Origin: Eledone cirrhosa | Lineage: Eukaryota | Reading direction: 5' to 3' | Length of the DNA: 64,000 nucleotides | Assembly (NCBI GenBank): GCA_964016885.1 | Contig: OZ024745.1 | Coordinates: 87,234,001 to 87,298,000, forward strand | In this document: positions 15,479 to 30,703 of the stretch, piece after piece | Numbering within the stretch: the first letter of the stretch is position 1 | Layout of the letters: each line of letters starts with the position of its first letter | Notes under the pieces: model-generated | What the model was told of the DNA's origin: nothing | The model's database searches: none | What the model saw: the letters and a program-made list of their open reading frames with translations, nothing else | Translations under genes and position numbers: made by a program

Positions 15479-16217
15479 TGTATATATAGTGTATTTTGCA
15501 ATACACTTTATGCTTAATTAAAAGCATTTTGAAGACCGTATGCTATTGTTTTAGAGTAGTGACATACTCACTTACTTTAATCTCAGCAAACAGGGGGAGA
15601 TAAAGCCGACAAGGCCTTGTTTCTTCATTGTTTATGCTTATCAAGGCTAACTACTCCTTCCCGTCTATTGAGATCACTGATGTTATATTCTTATAGAAAT
15701 CTAGTAAATAATCAGGAACTAATTATACAGAGCGGTTGCCGGTCAGGCAGAAATTAAAAATTAGAATTGGAGCTCTGAAATAGCCATATTATTGGGCCTT
15801 GTGCCTAAAGTAGAAACAATTATTGCAAACATTTGCAAAAATAGCAGAAAACGAATAAAGCTCTTTACCGAGTTGTTTTTAAAATAAACTTAAGCGATTA
15901 ATCAGTCATTAGAATTAACTAAAGAGCAAAAAAATTAACTGGTTAATCGCTTGACTTGGGAGATTAATACAAATATACATTTAGCGAGAATCGAATTTCG
16001 GCGGGTAGATATTAGCAAAACGCAACTTCCGTAATGTGTAGACAAGCGCTCCATGGCTATGAAGAAGATACCAGAGCTATAAACATAAGTTACAAAGGTC
16101 ATACAAACTGGGACAATGGTTAAGAAGCCATTAACCACCAGAGCCAAATAAGCGAACAAGCTAAACGGGTCAAACAAAATAAGATATGATTGAAATAGTT
16201 ATATATATTTATATATA

Positions 16218-16310
<93 letters not shown>

Positions 16311-16311
16311 T

Positions 16312-16823
16312 TTGAGTATATGTTGGTTGTATACCAACACCTTAGTATGCAGGTTGGAGCACTCGACGAAGTGCGCAGGTTGGTTTGGTTACTCCGGAGT
16401 AATGTAAAATAAAGTTAAATAAAAAGTCAAATGTTTAAAATTTAGCTTCGTTTATTACTGCTATATATATTTCAGTAACAGCCATCTTTGGCTGTGACCT
16501 CTTCAGGCAGTCCGAATTAGTGTGGTATAGACAAGTACATATGCTGTTGAGGTGTATAATATTGTCAATACTCTGATATGCCCAGTTCCTGGTTGGGTTG
16601 TTATTTCACTGATTCCAGTTCCTCAGTGAAATAACAACCCAACCAGGAACTGGGCATATCAGAATATTGACAATATTATACACCTCAACAGCATATGTAC
16701 TTGTCTATACCACACTAATTCGGACTGCCTGAAGAGGTCACAGCCAAAGATGGCTGTCACTGAAATATATATAGCAGTAATAAACGAAGCTAAATTTTAA
16801 ACATTTAACTCTTTATTTAACTT

Positions 16824-16830
<7 letters not shown>
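16312..16830. mobile_element. Hairpin non-autonomous PLE derivative with an HHR on each arm (related decayed copy about 56682-56960)
   Basis: Near-perfect inverted repeat about 16405-16612 / 16625-16830 with a one-sided tail 16312-16404, in (TA)n. Confidence 0.85.
16724..16778 (+). ncRNA. Type I minimal hammerhead ribozyme
   Basis: actgc-CTGAAGA-ggtcacagcca-aaga-tggctgtcact-GAAA-tatat-ATA-gcagt; mirror copy on - strand near 16457-16511. Confidence 0.8.
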
Positions 16831-16873
<43 letters not shown>

Positions 16874-16874
<1 letters not shown>

Positions 16875-18065
16875 TCCGAACAGATTTAGTTGGAAAAAAA
16901 TTTACAAGGAATCAGTCCGGAGCCTTGTAGTTATGCAATAGGTGTTTAGCGACGTGTGGACAACGTGTGAACAATTCATTTCTCGTGTTTAGGCAATCAC
17001 TATTGCGTAATCTCTTTAGAATAGTTATTCGTTCGTCAATACATAAGCCACACCTCGAATTTCCCCTTGTGTATGGCTTGGACTTGGTGATGGCTTTCCA
17101 TTGAATGAAGTAGTCTAACTTGAGTCCTTGAGGGACCATACATGGTTCGCGAGTTTCGTGGATGAACGTCTGTCCAGGTACCTGAAGGTAGACTGGTGGT
17201 TCAGGAAACGTTCCTTAAATCGGCCCTCCGCCATGCCCACATAGGATTTGACTTCCTGTGGTTCGGTTGGAGTGACCACAGCTTCATAAATTGCTGTTGA
17301 AATGGATAAGCTTCGGGCTTACGGCGAGAGCACCCTCGTGGATGTCGCTCCTAGGGCTGCTGGTCATGTTCTTAGCGCAGGAGTATCCTAGTTTAACTTT
17401 GTGTCGGTTAAAGATGGAGCTTGCCCCCTTCAACAGCAATGCAACACACAAGCTGTAATTTATGAAGCTGTGGTCACTTCCAACCGACCAAACGAACCAC
17501 AGGAGGTCAAATCCTATGTTGGCATAGCGGAGGGTCGATTTAAGGAACGGTTCCTGAACCACCAGTCTACCTTCAGGTACCCGGACAGACGTTCATCCAT
17601 GAAACTCGCAAGCCACATATGGTCCTTCAAGGACTCAAGTATAGACTACTCCATTCAATGGAAAGCCATCACTAAGCCAAGCCATACACAAGGGGAAATC
17701 CGACGTGTGGCTTATGTATTGACGAACGAATAACTATTCTAAAGAGATTACGCAATAGTAATTGCCTAAACACGAGAAATGAATTTTTCACACGTTGTCC
17801 ACACGTCACCAAACACCTGTCGCATAACTATAAGGCTCCGGAATGATTCCTTGTAATTTTATTTTCAACTAAAAAGTTTTCGGACTTTCGCAGTTATCTC
17901 CCTTACACCTCTCGCACGCATTCTAGTATTGCCTGTGTGAAGTGACCGGATTTCTGCGCATGCGCGTTCGTACGGTTGTCCTTCTTGTTCCTATAACCGT
18001 GCCAATTACGAGCTGAGAATCCGCTAAGATAAAACAATTGTTCTCGGTAGGGTGAACTAACTGTT
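16874..18065. mobile_element. PLE GIY-YIG fragment with inverted duplication
   Basis: + strand CPLQQQC...VIYEA...SYVGIAEGRFKER..NHQSTF (17401-17840); reverse-complement copy 16874-17290 (CGLCIDER...LNTRNE..RCPH). Confidence 0.85.
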
Positions 18066-18066
18066 G

Positions 18067-18106
<40 letters not shown>

Positions 18107-18109
18107 TAT

Positions 18110-18231
<122 letters not shown>

Positions 18232-18317
18232 ATAAATATATATATATATATATATATATTTAGATATATGTATATATAAATATATATATATAAATATATA
18301 TATATATGTATATATAA

Positions 18318-18388
<71 letters not shown>

Positions 18389-18797
18389 TATACAAGAGAA
18401 TAGGTCCATAGAATCATTTGATAAAATATATACAATATTTCCTCTCCCAATCAACATAATAAACCACACAAAAAATCAATTAAACAGGGTATAAGATTAA
18501 AAGGCACCTATGAAGAAACAATAGATAAATAAAGGATGGCTCTTTTATTCGCGATCAACAGCCACAGAATATTTACCCAGTATTTCTAATAGCCCGTGGA
18601 AATCGATTAGATATATAGCTAATCCATACACAATTAGGTACAAAATCAAAGTTAGAAGAAAAAATGTATATAAGCATACCAAAATTATGTCTCTACCCCT
18701 TGATGTTTCAGTCGCCTTTTGGAAATATTCGATCAAGGATAAATTGACGAGTTTCGAAATTTTCAGGAAACAAACTGTATATATATGTATATATATG

Positions 18798-18915
<118 letters not shown>

Positions 18916-19099
18916 CACAATTAAAGAGTAACCAATCTTAAAGAGAGAGATGGAGATAGGAGAGGAGATATGAGTGGAGAGATTGGTGAATTAGTTAGAA
19001 GCCAAAGCGTAAAGGCATATGCTCAATGTGCAATATGCACTAGAAAGCAGCTACGTGGCTGGGTTCATGCAGAAGTTAGGTGCGCAGAGCTGGAAATAT

Positions 19100-20740
19100 T
19101 CATTAGTTAAGCAAAGCAAAACCACAAATTTCACAAGGAAGACATTATTAAAAGATTGTCAACATATTTTAGAATGATGTAAGGAATGTAGAGAATAATA
19201 ACAATAATATTAATAATAATAATGTCCGTTTACAATTGTAATTTACTCCATATAATATTTCTGGATCAGATGACTATATATCATAATTGATCTGGTTCAG
19301 TTGAAAATAATTAACATATTTAAAAGACACCTGGCTTAACCCCCCATTCTCATCTAATCTAACCACTAATATCCCCAAACGCTTCTTCTCTATCCTAACT
19401 AAACATTCCCCCCCCCCAACCATAGACATTACAAACTCTTTAATAAAAATAACATTAAAATCTCATTCTCCACAACACCTAAACTAGCTAGCCACATCGC
19501 ATTCAGTAACCATCATAAACTAAGACAGTATAACTCCCACACGGCGGTACCACCACCCCTATCAAATACACCACGCCACTACACCAATAATTATTCTAGT
19601 AGCACACCTCCCCCATCTAATCCTTCTAGCACGGACCTAACGCTTAGGTTAAACTACCCTACTCTCACTAACCACAGAAGCAACTGCAACTGCCGTTACC
19701 TCAATGCATGCCCATTAAATGGACACTGCCTGACACCCAACATAGTCTATAGGTGCACGGTTAAAACTGCTTCGAATACCAGCTCTGATATCGGGTCTAC
19801 TTCTAACCCTTTTAAGGTACGCTATAACGCGCACTCTTTTTCCTTCCGAGACCCTAGCAACAGATGTTCGACATCGCTAGCTAAGCTCATTAAAAACCTT
19901 ATATTAAACAACGTTCAACACTCACTAAAATGGGATATCGTGGCTAGGGCCCAACCATTCAATGGACGAAGAAAATCTTGTGATCTCTGTATTACAGAAG
20001 CATATCACATAACTCTATCACGACCTCTACCGATTAACGATAGAACGGAGGTAACTATTAGCTGTCAACATCGAAGGGCTAATTCCTTCGCCAATAGGAT
20101 ATTTGACCCAACATAGTCATCTAGCCCCATTTTTACTTGTAGCTAATAAGTTAAATTGCTATGAACAACTTAGATAATTATAAGTTACCTCCCCTACATT
20201 GTCTCACAATTAAAAAATTTAAAAATTAGCACTTAACTATAAATACCCACAATTTTTACTCTCTCTAGTAGTTACTTCCCCTGAAACCACCCTCTAATTA
20301 GTAAGGTAAATATGTCCTTTGGCAGCCATCTTGTTACCCATAGGCAGATCTCACACAATGCAGCCTCGACATATGAATACTGCTTGATTATGGCTGACAA
20401 CTAATGCAACCAAGACACTATAGTGAAAAACCAATATATGGAACATTACATTATGTAACCTTCTCTCATTATTTTAATTTATAACCCTTTGAATTTCTGA
20501 TGAGCCGCTCTATCTTTTAAATATGTTAATTATTTTCAACTGCACCACATCAATTATGATATATAGTCATCTGATCCAGAAATATTATATGGAGTAGCTA
20601 AACAATTGTAAACGGACATTATTATTATTAATATTATTATTATTATTATTCTCTACATTCCTTACATCAAACTAAAATATGTTGACAATCTTTTAATAAT
20701 GTCTTCCTTGTGAAATTTGTGGTCTTGTTTTGATTAACTA

Positions 20741-20745
<5 letters not shown>
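19100..20745 (+). mobile_element. PLE fragment enclosed by inverted pseudo-LTR arms
   Basis: Arms 19100-19327 / 20514-20745. Inside, an ATG-less frame missed by the ORF track ending at 20116: CNCRYLNACPLNGHC...IVYRC...DIGSTSNPFKVRYNAH...CDLCITE...CQH. Confidence 0.82.
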
Positions 20746-20777
<32 letters not shown>

Positions 20778-21241
20778 ATGTGGAAAGGCTAAAACAATGT
20801 AAAATGGACAATAAGAAGAGGGTAACGAAAAAGTTAGTAAACTGGTAATCTTTGTTTTTTCTTTTTCTTTCGTTCTAATACTTTGGGATATAAAATTCCC
20901 TTCGCAAGAGAATAGGAAACTCTCAGAGAAAAGTGTTCTGGTCTATTCGCTTTGAGATTAGATTTAATACATACACACACACATATGAAAGAAGTTCAAA
21001 ATATATTTGGAGTCTATAAGGGGATTTATTTACAATAATTTATGACTTTACCGGTTTCACTATTTTCATGAGGTTAAGAGAGTTGGAGAGATGTGTGGCT
21101 ATGCCCACTTGTAATTCATATTTAACTGATGCTGGGAATTTATGCAAAAGAAAAACAACTGCCTCCGATTGCTGCAATCTCCGGTTGTCGGACTCTCAAA
21201 TGCTATGGGGTTGATATGATCAACTAAATCAAAGTCCCTCA

Positions 21242-21310
<69 letters not shown>

Positions 21311-21805
21311 TCTCTCTTTCTCTTTCTTTCTCTCTCTCTCTCTCTGTCTCTCTCTATCTATCTATCTCTCTTTATATATATAGCTGTCAAAACGGATCTA
21401 GTTGTCGAAACGGCCGGAGCTCAGCCATCGGGGTCGTGAACCTTTTCATATATACATAGATTGATAGATAGATAGGAAGGTATGTATGTAAAAATGTATG
21501 GATGAATGTCTGGATGGACAGACTGTTGTATGTATGTATGTCGGTAAATATGTATGCATCTATGTATGTATATTTGTATGCATGTATGACCGTACGTATG
21601 TATGCATGTACGAACGTTGGTATGTATGTATGATGTATGTATGATATATATATGTAGATATGTATATATTATGTGGGTATGTACATGTGTAGGTAGGTAA
21701 GTATGAATATGTCTAGAGTTCTTTTACAAATATGTTGACAATTTTTTAATAATGACTTCCTTGTGAAATTTGTCGTCTTGTTTTGCTTAACTGATGAGAA
21801 TATAT

Positions 21806-21848
<43 letters not shown>

Positions 21849-21853
21849 CACAC

Positions 21854-21884
<31 letters not shown>

Positions 21885-21939
21885 TATACATACACACATA
21901 TATATATATATACATACACACACATATATATGTATATAT

Positions 21940-22014
<75 letters not shown>

Positions 22015-22622
22015 CATACATATATATATATGTATGAATATATATATATATATATATAATATAATATCAAAAGATGGTTAAAAGAGTTCCATAATAATTA
22101 TGCGCATTTCAAAAACAAATATCATCATGCAAGAACATTTGTGTTTTCATCAGATAAAATAGGAAGACATGATATAAAGGTTAAAGAACACTTGTGAATA
22201 GTGCAGTTTTAAATCAACATATCATTTAACCATCTTTTAAAATCGACATATCTTTTAACCATCTTTTGATATTATATATTATCTATACTCCAGTCCTACA
22301 AACTGTAGAGTGCTTCTTATCCGATATCTGCATTGCTTTATTGTACTACAATAAAACTCACCTCCTACACATATATATATATATATGTATAGTTTCACAA
22401 GATCCCGTTAAGGGTGAAAGCAGCGATTCTTTGCTTAAAATTTAATCTGTTATTTTAAAAAACATTTGCTCTACGGTTCTTATATATTTGATATATATTT
22501 ATCCTTATCGAGCCCTCATTGGATTTTAGTCTTCAAATTTATTATTATTACTATATATATATATATATATATATATATGAATGTATATATACATATATAT
22601 ATGAATATATATATATATATAT

Positions 22623-22655
<33 letters not shown>

Positions 22656-22735
22656 TATAAATACATATATATATATATATACATATATATATGAATATAT
22701 ATATATATAAACATATATATATACACATATATATA

Positions 22736-23698
<963 letters not shown>

Positions 23699-23735
23699 AT
23701 ATATATGAATATGTATATATATATACATATATATA

Positions 23736-23775
<40 letters not shown>

Positions 23776-24497
23776 TATATTTTAATATATATCTTTATAT
23801 ATATATATAAATGAAAATAGAGAAATTTATGTGAGCAAGATGACAACTGTAATTCATACATATAAGTGACTATTACATCAACATGGAAAATATTTAACCT
23901 AAGATATGGGAAAATAATTCAATCCCAATTCTAAAAAAAGTCAAGACAGAAATTTTATCCACAAATTTTATGTAATCGAGTGAAAAAACCAATAGAATCT
24001 TAACTCATAATAAAATTAAGAGTAAATACTTATCCTTCAATTTGGAAAAATCTGCAAATGCTCTATATAGTCTTAAAAAGACTATTTCACAAACATTTCA
24101 GTGGGTTAGTCACGGTTGGGGGTCTTTCATCAGTAGAGCGCCACACGATAACCAAAACTACTGCTAAAATATGCCAGGAGGGAATTTAAAAGCAGGCGAG
24201 TTACACCTTGTGTGGAATTAAGATAATAAACACACATGGAGAAAAGGGCTAGTGACGTCAGAATGAGAGGAATGGCTGTTTACAAGAAACAGCAGTCAAA
24301 CCATTGCGAAAAAAACTCAACAAAACATATGGAGTTCAGCATAAAGCAATATTATGGCGGTTTAAAAAAAAAACGGGGATTAGTCACAAATAATTTTAAG
24401 CACTCTAGGATAAATTCCGAGTATAAATATAAATGAAAATATATCTATATATATATACATATATAAATATATGAATATATATATGAATATATATATA

Positions 24498-24537
<40 letters not shown>

Positions 24538-24552
24538 TATATATATATATGA

Positions 24553-24656
<104 letters not shown>

Positions 24657-24737
24657 ATACTTTGGGAGGGTCATGTTGCCAATAAGAAACTCACGCACCA
24701 GTTGCTTTCACTTCAATTTATTATAATAAATTTATAA

Positions 24738-25663
24738 TCTATATATATAAAACTGTGGTTGTCTGTCTGTCTATCGATTTTTGGCACACATCTCCTCTTA
24801 GAATCCCTCACGGAATTGCACCGAAATTGCTATACTTGTACATTGAGCCCTAGCGAAGACATCGGAAAAAAAAAATTTCAAATTGACCCACCCTATGTGA
24901 CGAAATCGAATATAATGTATCTATTTTTGAGCGTAAGTTATCAGTTATTTCCCTTTGTTCTGTTTACATTGAGCGTCTTACGTAAAAAATTACGCTGGCT
25001 TTAACAGTTGTCGAGCCAGCAAAATATTGACCTGCAAAATTCATCAGTTCGAACACTAAGCTTCCGTTTTGCTTCATTTCCATTTAAAAGCATTTTAAAA
25101 CAATATTTTTACTTGAAAACAAGTCTATTTAAAGACTACGTAAAACAAGCAAATATTTCGTCGTTAGGCGTGCAGACAGACAGTCGTGCAGACAGACAGT
25201 CGTGCAGACAGACAGTCGTGCAGAGAGGTGATATACGCGTGCAGACAGACAGTCGTGCAGAGAGGTGATATAGGCGTGCAGACAGACAGTCGTGCAGAGA
25301 GGTGATATAGGCGTGCAGACAGACAGTCGTGCAGAGAGGTGATATAGGCGTGCAGACAGACATAACTGATAATTTGGTTACGCTAATGTTTTTCTCTGCG
25401 TTGCAGTGTTTACATTTTCGATCTTTGTTAATAACCAGTGCAGTTTCTATCCCCAGCATCCTCTTTTGTTATAACATTCGGGTTATCGTTATGTTTTCTT
25501 AACTTCATAAGGCATATTGTTGGTTGAGGGAATGTTAATCAAAAACACCACATGCAAGTCTGCACAGTAGACACTACAGTTTTTAAGCCAAAAAAGAAAC
25601 TTAACATTGTAACTTTAACACAGCCACTGAGCGACCCCGAGCAACGCCGGGCTTTACTGCTAG
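24738..25663 (+). mobile_element. Non-autonomous Helitron
   Basis: 5' TC, 3' hairpin CCCGAGCAACGCCGGG then CTAG. Inserted between A and T with no target-site duplication, judged against the empty site near 35491-35530. Confidence 0.88.
25168..25361 (+). repeat. 37-bp minisatellite inside the Helitron
   Basis: Unit GCGTGCAGACAGACAGTCGTGCAGAGAGGTGATATAG, about 4 copies plus shorter subunits. Confidence 0.85.
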
Positions 25664-25987
25664 TAAATTTATAAATTTATAAATTTCTGGTTGGTTGGTT
25701 GGTTCCACAACCAGATAGTTGTTTATATATTGTCATAGTTCTTTCGTCACACACTCTGTGACCTCTTCAGTGACTGGGGATTCCTTTCTTTGTTTCTGTG
25801 CCTCTCCTTTGTTCTGTCCTACGCCATTTTGTTTCTGTGTGTGTGTTGTGTGCTCAGTCTACGCATGCGCCACATCCGGGTGTCTGTGTGTGTTTATGTT
25901 CATTTATTTATTTGTTTATTTACATGTTACTAAACAAATCTTGCTAAACAAATTCAGAAACGAAATATATATATATATATATATATA

Positions 25988-26738
25988 GTTAAAAGAATAG
26001 AGGTGTAACACACAAGTTATTATATATTGGTAAACGGAATAGAAAATGCTGACAAATTGTTCACAGTTGAAAAATGGTTTAGTTAGGAATAAAAGAGTAT
26101 TAGTAATTGTATGGGTTAGTATTCAGTTGTGGTTTTAAGTTTTTAAGTTTTTACCGGTTGCGCATTTCTAAATGCTTTTCAAAAATAATTTTGAGATAGA
26201 GTGTCCGTGTTGTTTGCTCTGATCTGATTAGTTTTGGGAATTCTACCTGTTTTTATGTTAAAAATGTGGCTCCAGCGCTACTTTGGTGTTGCAAAAATTC
26301 TTGTGGTCAAAACAATTTTGATTGGTCGGTAGAGGTCATGTGAATGTAAAAAATTGATTTTGCGCCAAGACTGTTTTTATGTTAAAAAAGTGGCTCCAAC
26401 GCTACTTGGTGTTTGCAAAAATTCTTGTGGTCAAAAAATTTTGATTGGTCGGTAGAGGTCATGTGAATAAAAAATTGGTTTTGCGCCAAGATTGAGAAAT
26501 GACTCTTTCTTAACATAAAAACAGGTAGAATTCCTAAAACTAATTAGATCAGAGCAAACAACACGGACACTCTATCTCAAAATTATTTTTGAAAAGCATT
26601 TAGAAATGCAACCGGTAAAAACTTAAAAACTTAAAACCACAACTGAATACTAACCCATACAATTACTAATACTCTTTTATTCCTAATTGAACCATATTTC
26701 AACTGTGAACAATTTGTCAGCATTTTCTATTCCGTTTA

Positions 26739-26742
<4 letters not shown>
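25988..26742. mobile_element. Hairpin element family (copies 50778-51343, 52325-52735, 52934-53290, arms at 57860-58705)
   Basis: Arms beginning TATTGGTAAACGGAATAGAAAATGCTGACAAATT; HHR-like TTGAAAA-gcatt-taga-aatgc..AACCGGTA; in (TA)n. Confidence 0.8.
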
Positions 26743-26799
<57 letters not shown>

Positions 26800-26825
26800 G
26801 TATATATATATATATATATATATAA

Positions 26826-26939
<114 letters not shown>

Positions 26940-27890
26940 GTATATATATATTCATATATATATGTATATATATGAATATATATATATATATACATAAAGA
27001 AAGAAAATTAAATCGAAAATGCAACTGGAGTCTTATTTAAAAAAATATATATATATTTATTTGGTTCCATTACCTGTTTCGCAGTTCTTCTGCTTTTCAA
27101 AAGTAGAGTGAGATGGAGGGTCTGTGGTTTTTCTCACATCTGGTTGTTCTTTGAATGTTACTTGTTTTATATGTAAAAAAGTTGTTCGAAACGCCAGGAT
27201 TTTAGAGAAGTAATTTGATTGGTTGGTCAATAAGTATAATAAATTTCGCGCGGGTTCGCGTTACAAAGTTCTTCAAACAAGTGTGTGTGTGTGTGTGGGG
27301 GGGGGGGGCTCAGGTTATTTTTTTATAAATGTAATTTGATTGGTTATAAATGAAATTATGGCTGTCACGTGAACAAATTCATTAAATTTCGCGCCCGTAT
27401 TTGGGAATTTATTTTGTAGCCTTTTAGAGAATTTTATGACAAACATAAGATACTGGTCAAGAGAAATGGAATGGGAGAATTGTTCTGGTTCAGTAAATAT
27501 AGCAGGTTGTGTTTTCATATATGAGTGAAGTTTGGTTGGTTGATGTAGTCTCGTGACTATGTATATCAGCTTTCGCGTAAGTTTGTTTGAATTTCTTTTT
27601 ACTTTAAAAAAAGTAGCCCAATGAAGGCTTTTTTAAATAAATATAATTTGATTGGTTATAAATGAAATTATGACTGTCACGTGAACAAATTCATTAAATT
27701 TCGAGCCCGTAGTTGGGAATTTATTTTGTAGCCTTTTAGAGAATTTTACGACAAGCAAAAGATAATGGTCAAGAGAAATGGTATGGGAGAATTGTTCTGG
27801 TTCAGTGAATATGGTTGGTTCGCTGGGGTGTCAGAATTCAGATTTTCTATTGAAATAAAGAAAGTAAAGATATGTATGTTTATTTGTGTG

Positions 27891-27970
<80 letters not shown>

Positions 27971-28471
27971 GGAAGATGATTCTATTAGTAGAAATGCGGG
28001 AGGAAGTTGTGTGTGTGTGTGTGTGTATGTGGGTGTTATGTGTGTGGTGTGGCGGTGGTATGTTAGATGGAGAGAATATATATATTTTGTCTGTGTGTAT
28101 ATGTGTGTAGGAAAGTGATTCTATTAGTAGAAATGGGGGAGGGAGTTGTGTGCGTGTGGGTGGGGTGTTATGTGTGTGTATGGGTGTTATGTGTGTGTGG
28201 GAGTATGGTTAGCATGTTAAGATGAAGAGAATATATATATATTGTGTGTGTGTGTGTGTGTGTGTGAAGGAAAAGGATTCCGTTAGTAGGAATATTTTTG
28301 AATGAACATATTTTCTTTAATTATTCGTATTTGTTCTGTTGTATTGTCAGCGCAAACGTATGTTAAGCTTTATTTAGTTCGGGTTTTTATTTTCTAAAGT
28401 AGAAGGTGTTATGTGTGTGTGTATGTGTCTGTTTGGATGGTTAGCATGTTGTGGTGTTGACATAATGTATA

Positions 28472-30703
28472 TTAAACCATATTTAATGCTGGTCTATATT
28501 TTTGAATAAACATATTTTCCTTATTTATTCGTATTTGTTCTGTTGTATTGTCAGCGCAAATGTAAAATGGGAAGACTTGGAATTTGGGTGTCTTATTACT
28601 TGCGCATATGTCTAGATAGGCGCTTAGTGGTATCTGTCTCGTGGTTGGATCTCGTAATTGTTGGCGATGAACTGTCATTCTGTTTCTGAGTGTGAGTTTA
28701 CTTTGTCCTATATAATCTTCATTGCATCCTTTACGTTTAACGGCATAAAGTAGATTTTTTGATGAGCAAGTGAAGTGACTTTTTACAGCAAAATGTTGTC
28801 CTGATTTAAATGTATATGCGTTGCCTTCAATGAGGTAAGTGCATATTCCATAATTAGAGCAACCACATTTTTGTCAGTTGGTTGTGGCATTCGTGAGTAA
28901 TGTTTTCAGTGATTTCGGTTGTCTTTTGCTTTTGATTATTTCGTGTGTTTTCATTCTTGGGTCTTATTTTAGTAGTGGGATGATCTTGTAAATACTGTTG
29001 TAAGCTTCCGCATTTCTTAGGTTGTGTGTTGAGATATATGATAGAATATTGGACGTGCCTTGAATTTGTTTCAGTTTTCGTAATTCATCAATGCCTATTG
29101 CTTTAGCCCTTTCTATTCCATTATTTATTAGTAATGGTGGGTACTGTCTTTCGAGTAGAATTTCCTTTAATTCTTGAAGTCTTTTATTTCGCGTTTCATA
29201 ATTGGAGACAATTGTGCAAATTCTTCTTGCTAGGTTAAAAGGAATGTTCGTCTTCGTGTGCATTGGATGGTTGGAGGTGAAAAGCAGGTATTGTTTGGAA
29301 TCTGTTGGTTTGTAGTGTATGTCAATTTCAATAATTGTGTCTTTTTTTAAGATTAAGATGTCCAGAAATGGGAGTTGATCTTGGCTGTATTCCATTGTGA
29401 ATTGGATGTGGTTATTGATGCCGTTTATTAAGCTTTTGAAATGATTCAGTTGGTCGAGTGTGTGGAACCAAAGAATGAGACAATTATCCAAGTAGCGTTT
29501 CCAATTCTCTGATAAATATTTGTGGAAGTTCAATCCGTATTTTGATTTGGACTGTTCATATATCTGGACTTCTAAGTATGCCATGACTAAGTTGGCATAA
29601 GTTGGAGCGGCTTTTGTACCCATCGCAGTCCCCAATATTTGCTTCTAAGTACTGCCATCGAAATCATAATAGTTGTTCTGTAAGATAAATTTTAATGATG
29701 AAGCTTTTTTCTATTCTGCCAGGTATCTCATTGGGATATTTCTCTAGCCAGAATACTATTGCTTCTAGTCCGTATTGGTGTGGGATCGTTGTGAAAAGAT
29801 TCACTACATCGAAATACACAATAATAGTGTCGTTGTTGACATGTTTGGGGAGGTGGCTTAAGAGGTCCAGATCGTCTCTTACAAGGCTTGGTATGTGTTT
29901 GAGTATTGGTTTTAGTAGTATGTCTATAAAGTTGCTCAGTCTGTGTGTTTAAGGTCTGTGGGGTATTGTGTGTTCACGCAGGCTGAGGTGGATTGTTTAC
30001 AGGCATTGTTAATTATTTTACACTTGTGTATCTTCGGAAGTCCGTAAAGGTTGATCGTTTTGTATTCAAAATGTGTTAAATAATCGCGTTCCTTTTTAGT
30101 TAAGTCTTCCTGGTATCGACAAATCAATGTGTTTAATCTGGTCATTGTTTTTCATTGCTGATAGTTTTTTACTCTTTCATAGTAATTAGTATTTTGTAAG
30201 AGAGAGAACATAGAATTTTTATATTTTTCGATATCCATAATGACAACAGTACTTCCCTTGTTCGCTTCCTTAATTATAATGTCCGTATTGTTTTTTAGTT
30301 CATGGATAATCTCCCATTCCCTTCGACTCGTGTTGGATTTGGGTTTAGGTTGCGGTAGTTCATGGTATGGTAAAGTAACTATGTGGTCACAAAATTTGTC
30401 CAGAACTCTGTTTCTACCTTTTGTTGTGTTGTAGCTGCTTTTATTCCGTACAATTGATTGGTCGTTATTCTCCTTGTAAAACAATTCCTCTGTGAGACGT
30501 ATTTTTCTACAGAAGTGTGAGATATCGTCATTTATATCATTGAGGTTAGAGTATTTTGGTGTTGGTGTGAATTTCAGTCCTTTGGAGAGAATGTTTACTT
30601 GTTGGGCTGAGAGGTTTGTATTTGAAAGGTTGATTATTTTCGGTTTTTCAAAATCGGTTTGTGCCACCGGGTGTCGTGGGTCCTGTAGCCTTGGTCTAAA
30701 AAA
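28472..30703 (-). pseudogene. PLE RT/GIY-YIG polyprotein (disrupted)
   Basis: PKIINLS, GLKFTPTP, NKGSTVVIMD, YGLPKIHK, GTAMGTKAAPTYANL, RYLDN, YKPTDSKQYL, EN remnant ...KENMFIQKYRPALN; several stops and frameshifts. Confidence 0.9.

Noticed and set aside
20497-20600. CTGATGA...GAAATATTATA as a hammerhead; similar weak cases near 12915-13025 and 24095-24138
   Set aside because: Stems I and II could not be formed convincingly; at most decayed remnants.
25168-25361. CRISPR-like 37-bp periodicity
   Set aside because: Head-to-tail repeats with no unique spacers, in a eukaryotic Helitron.
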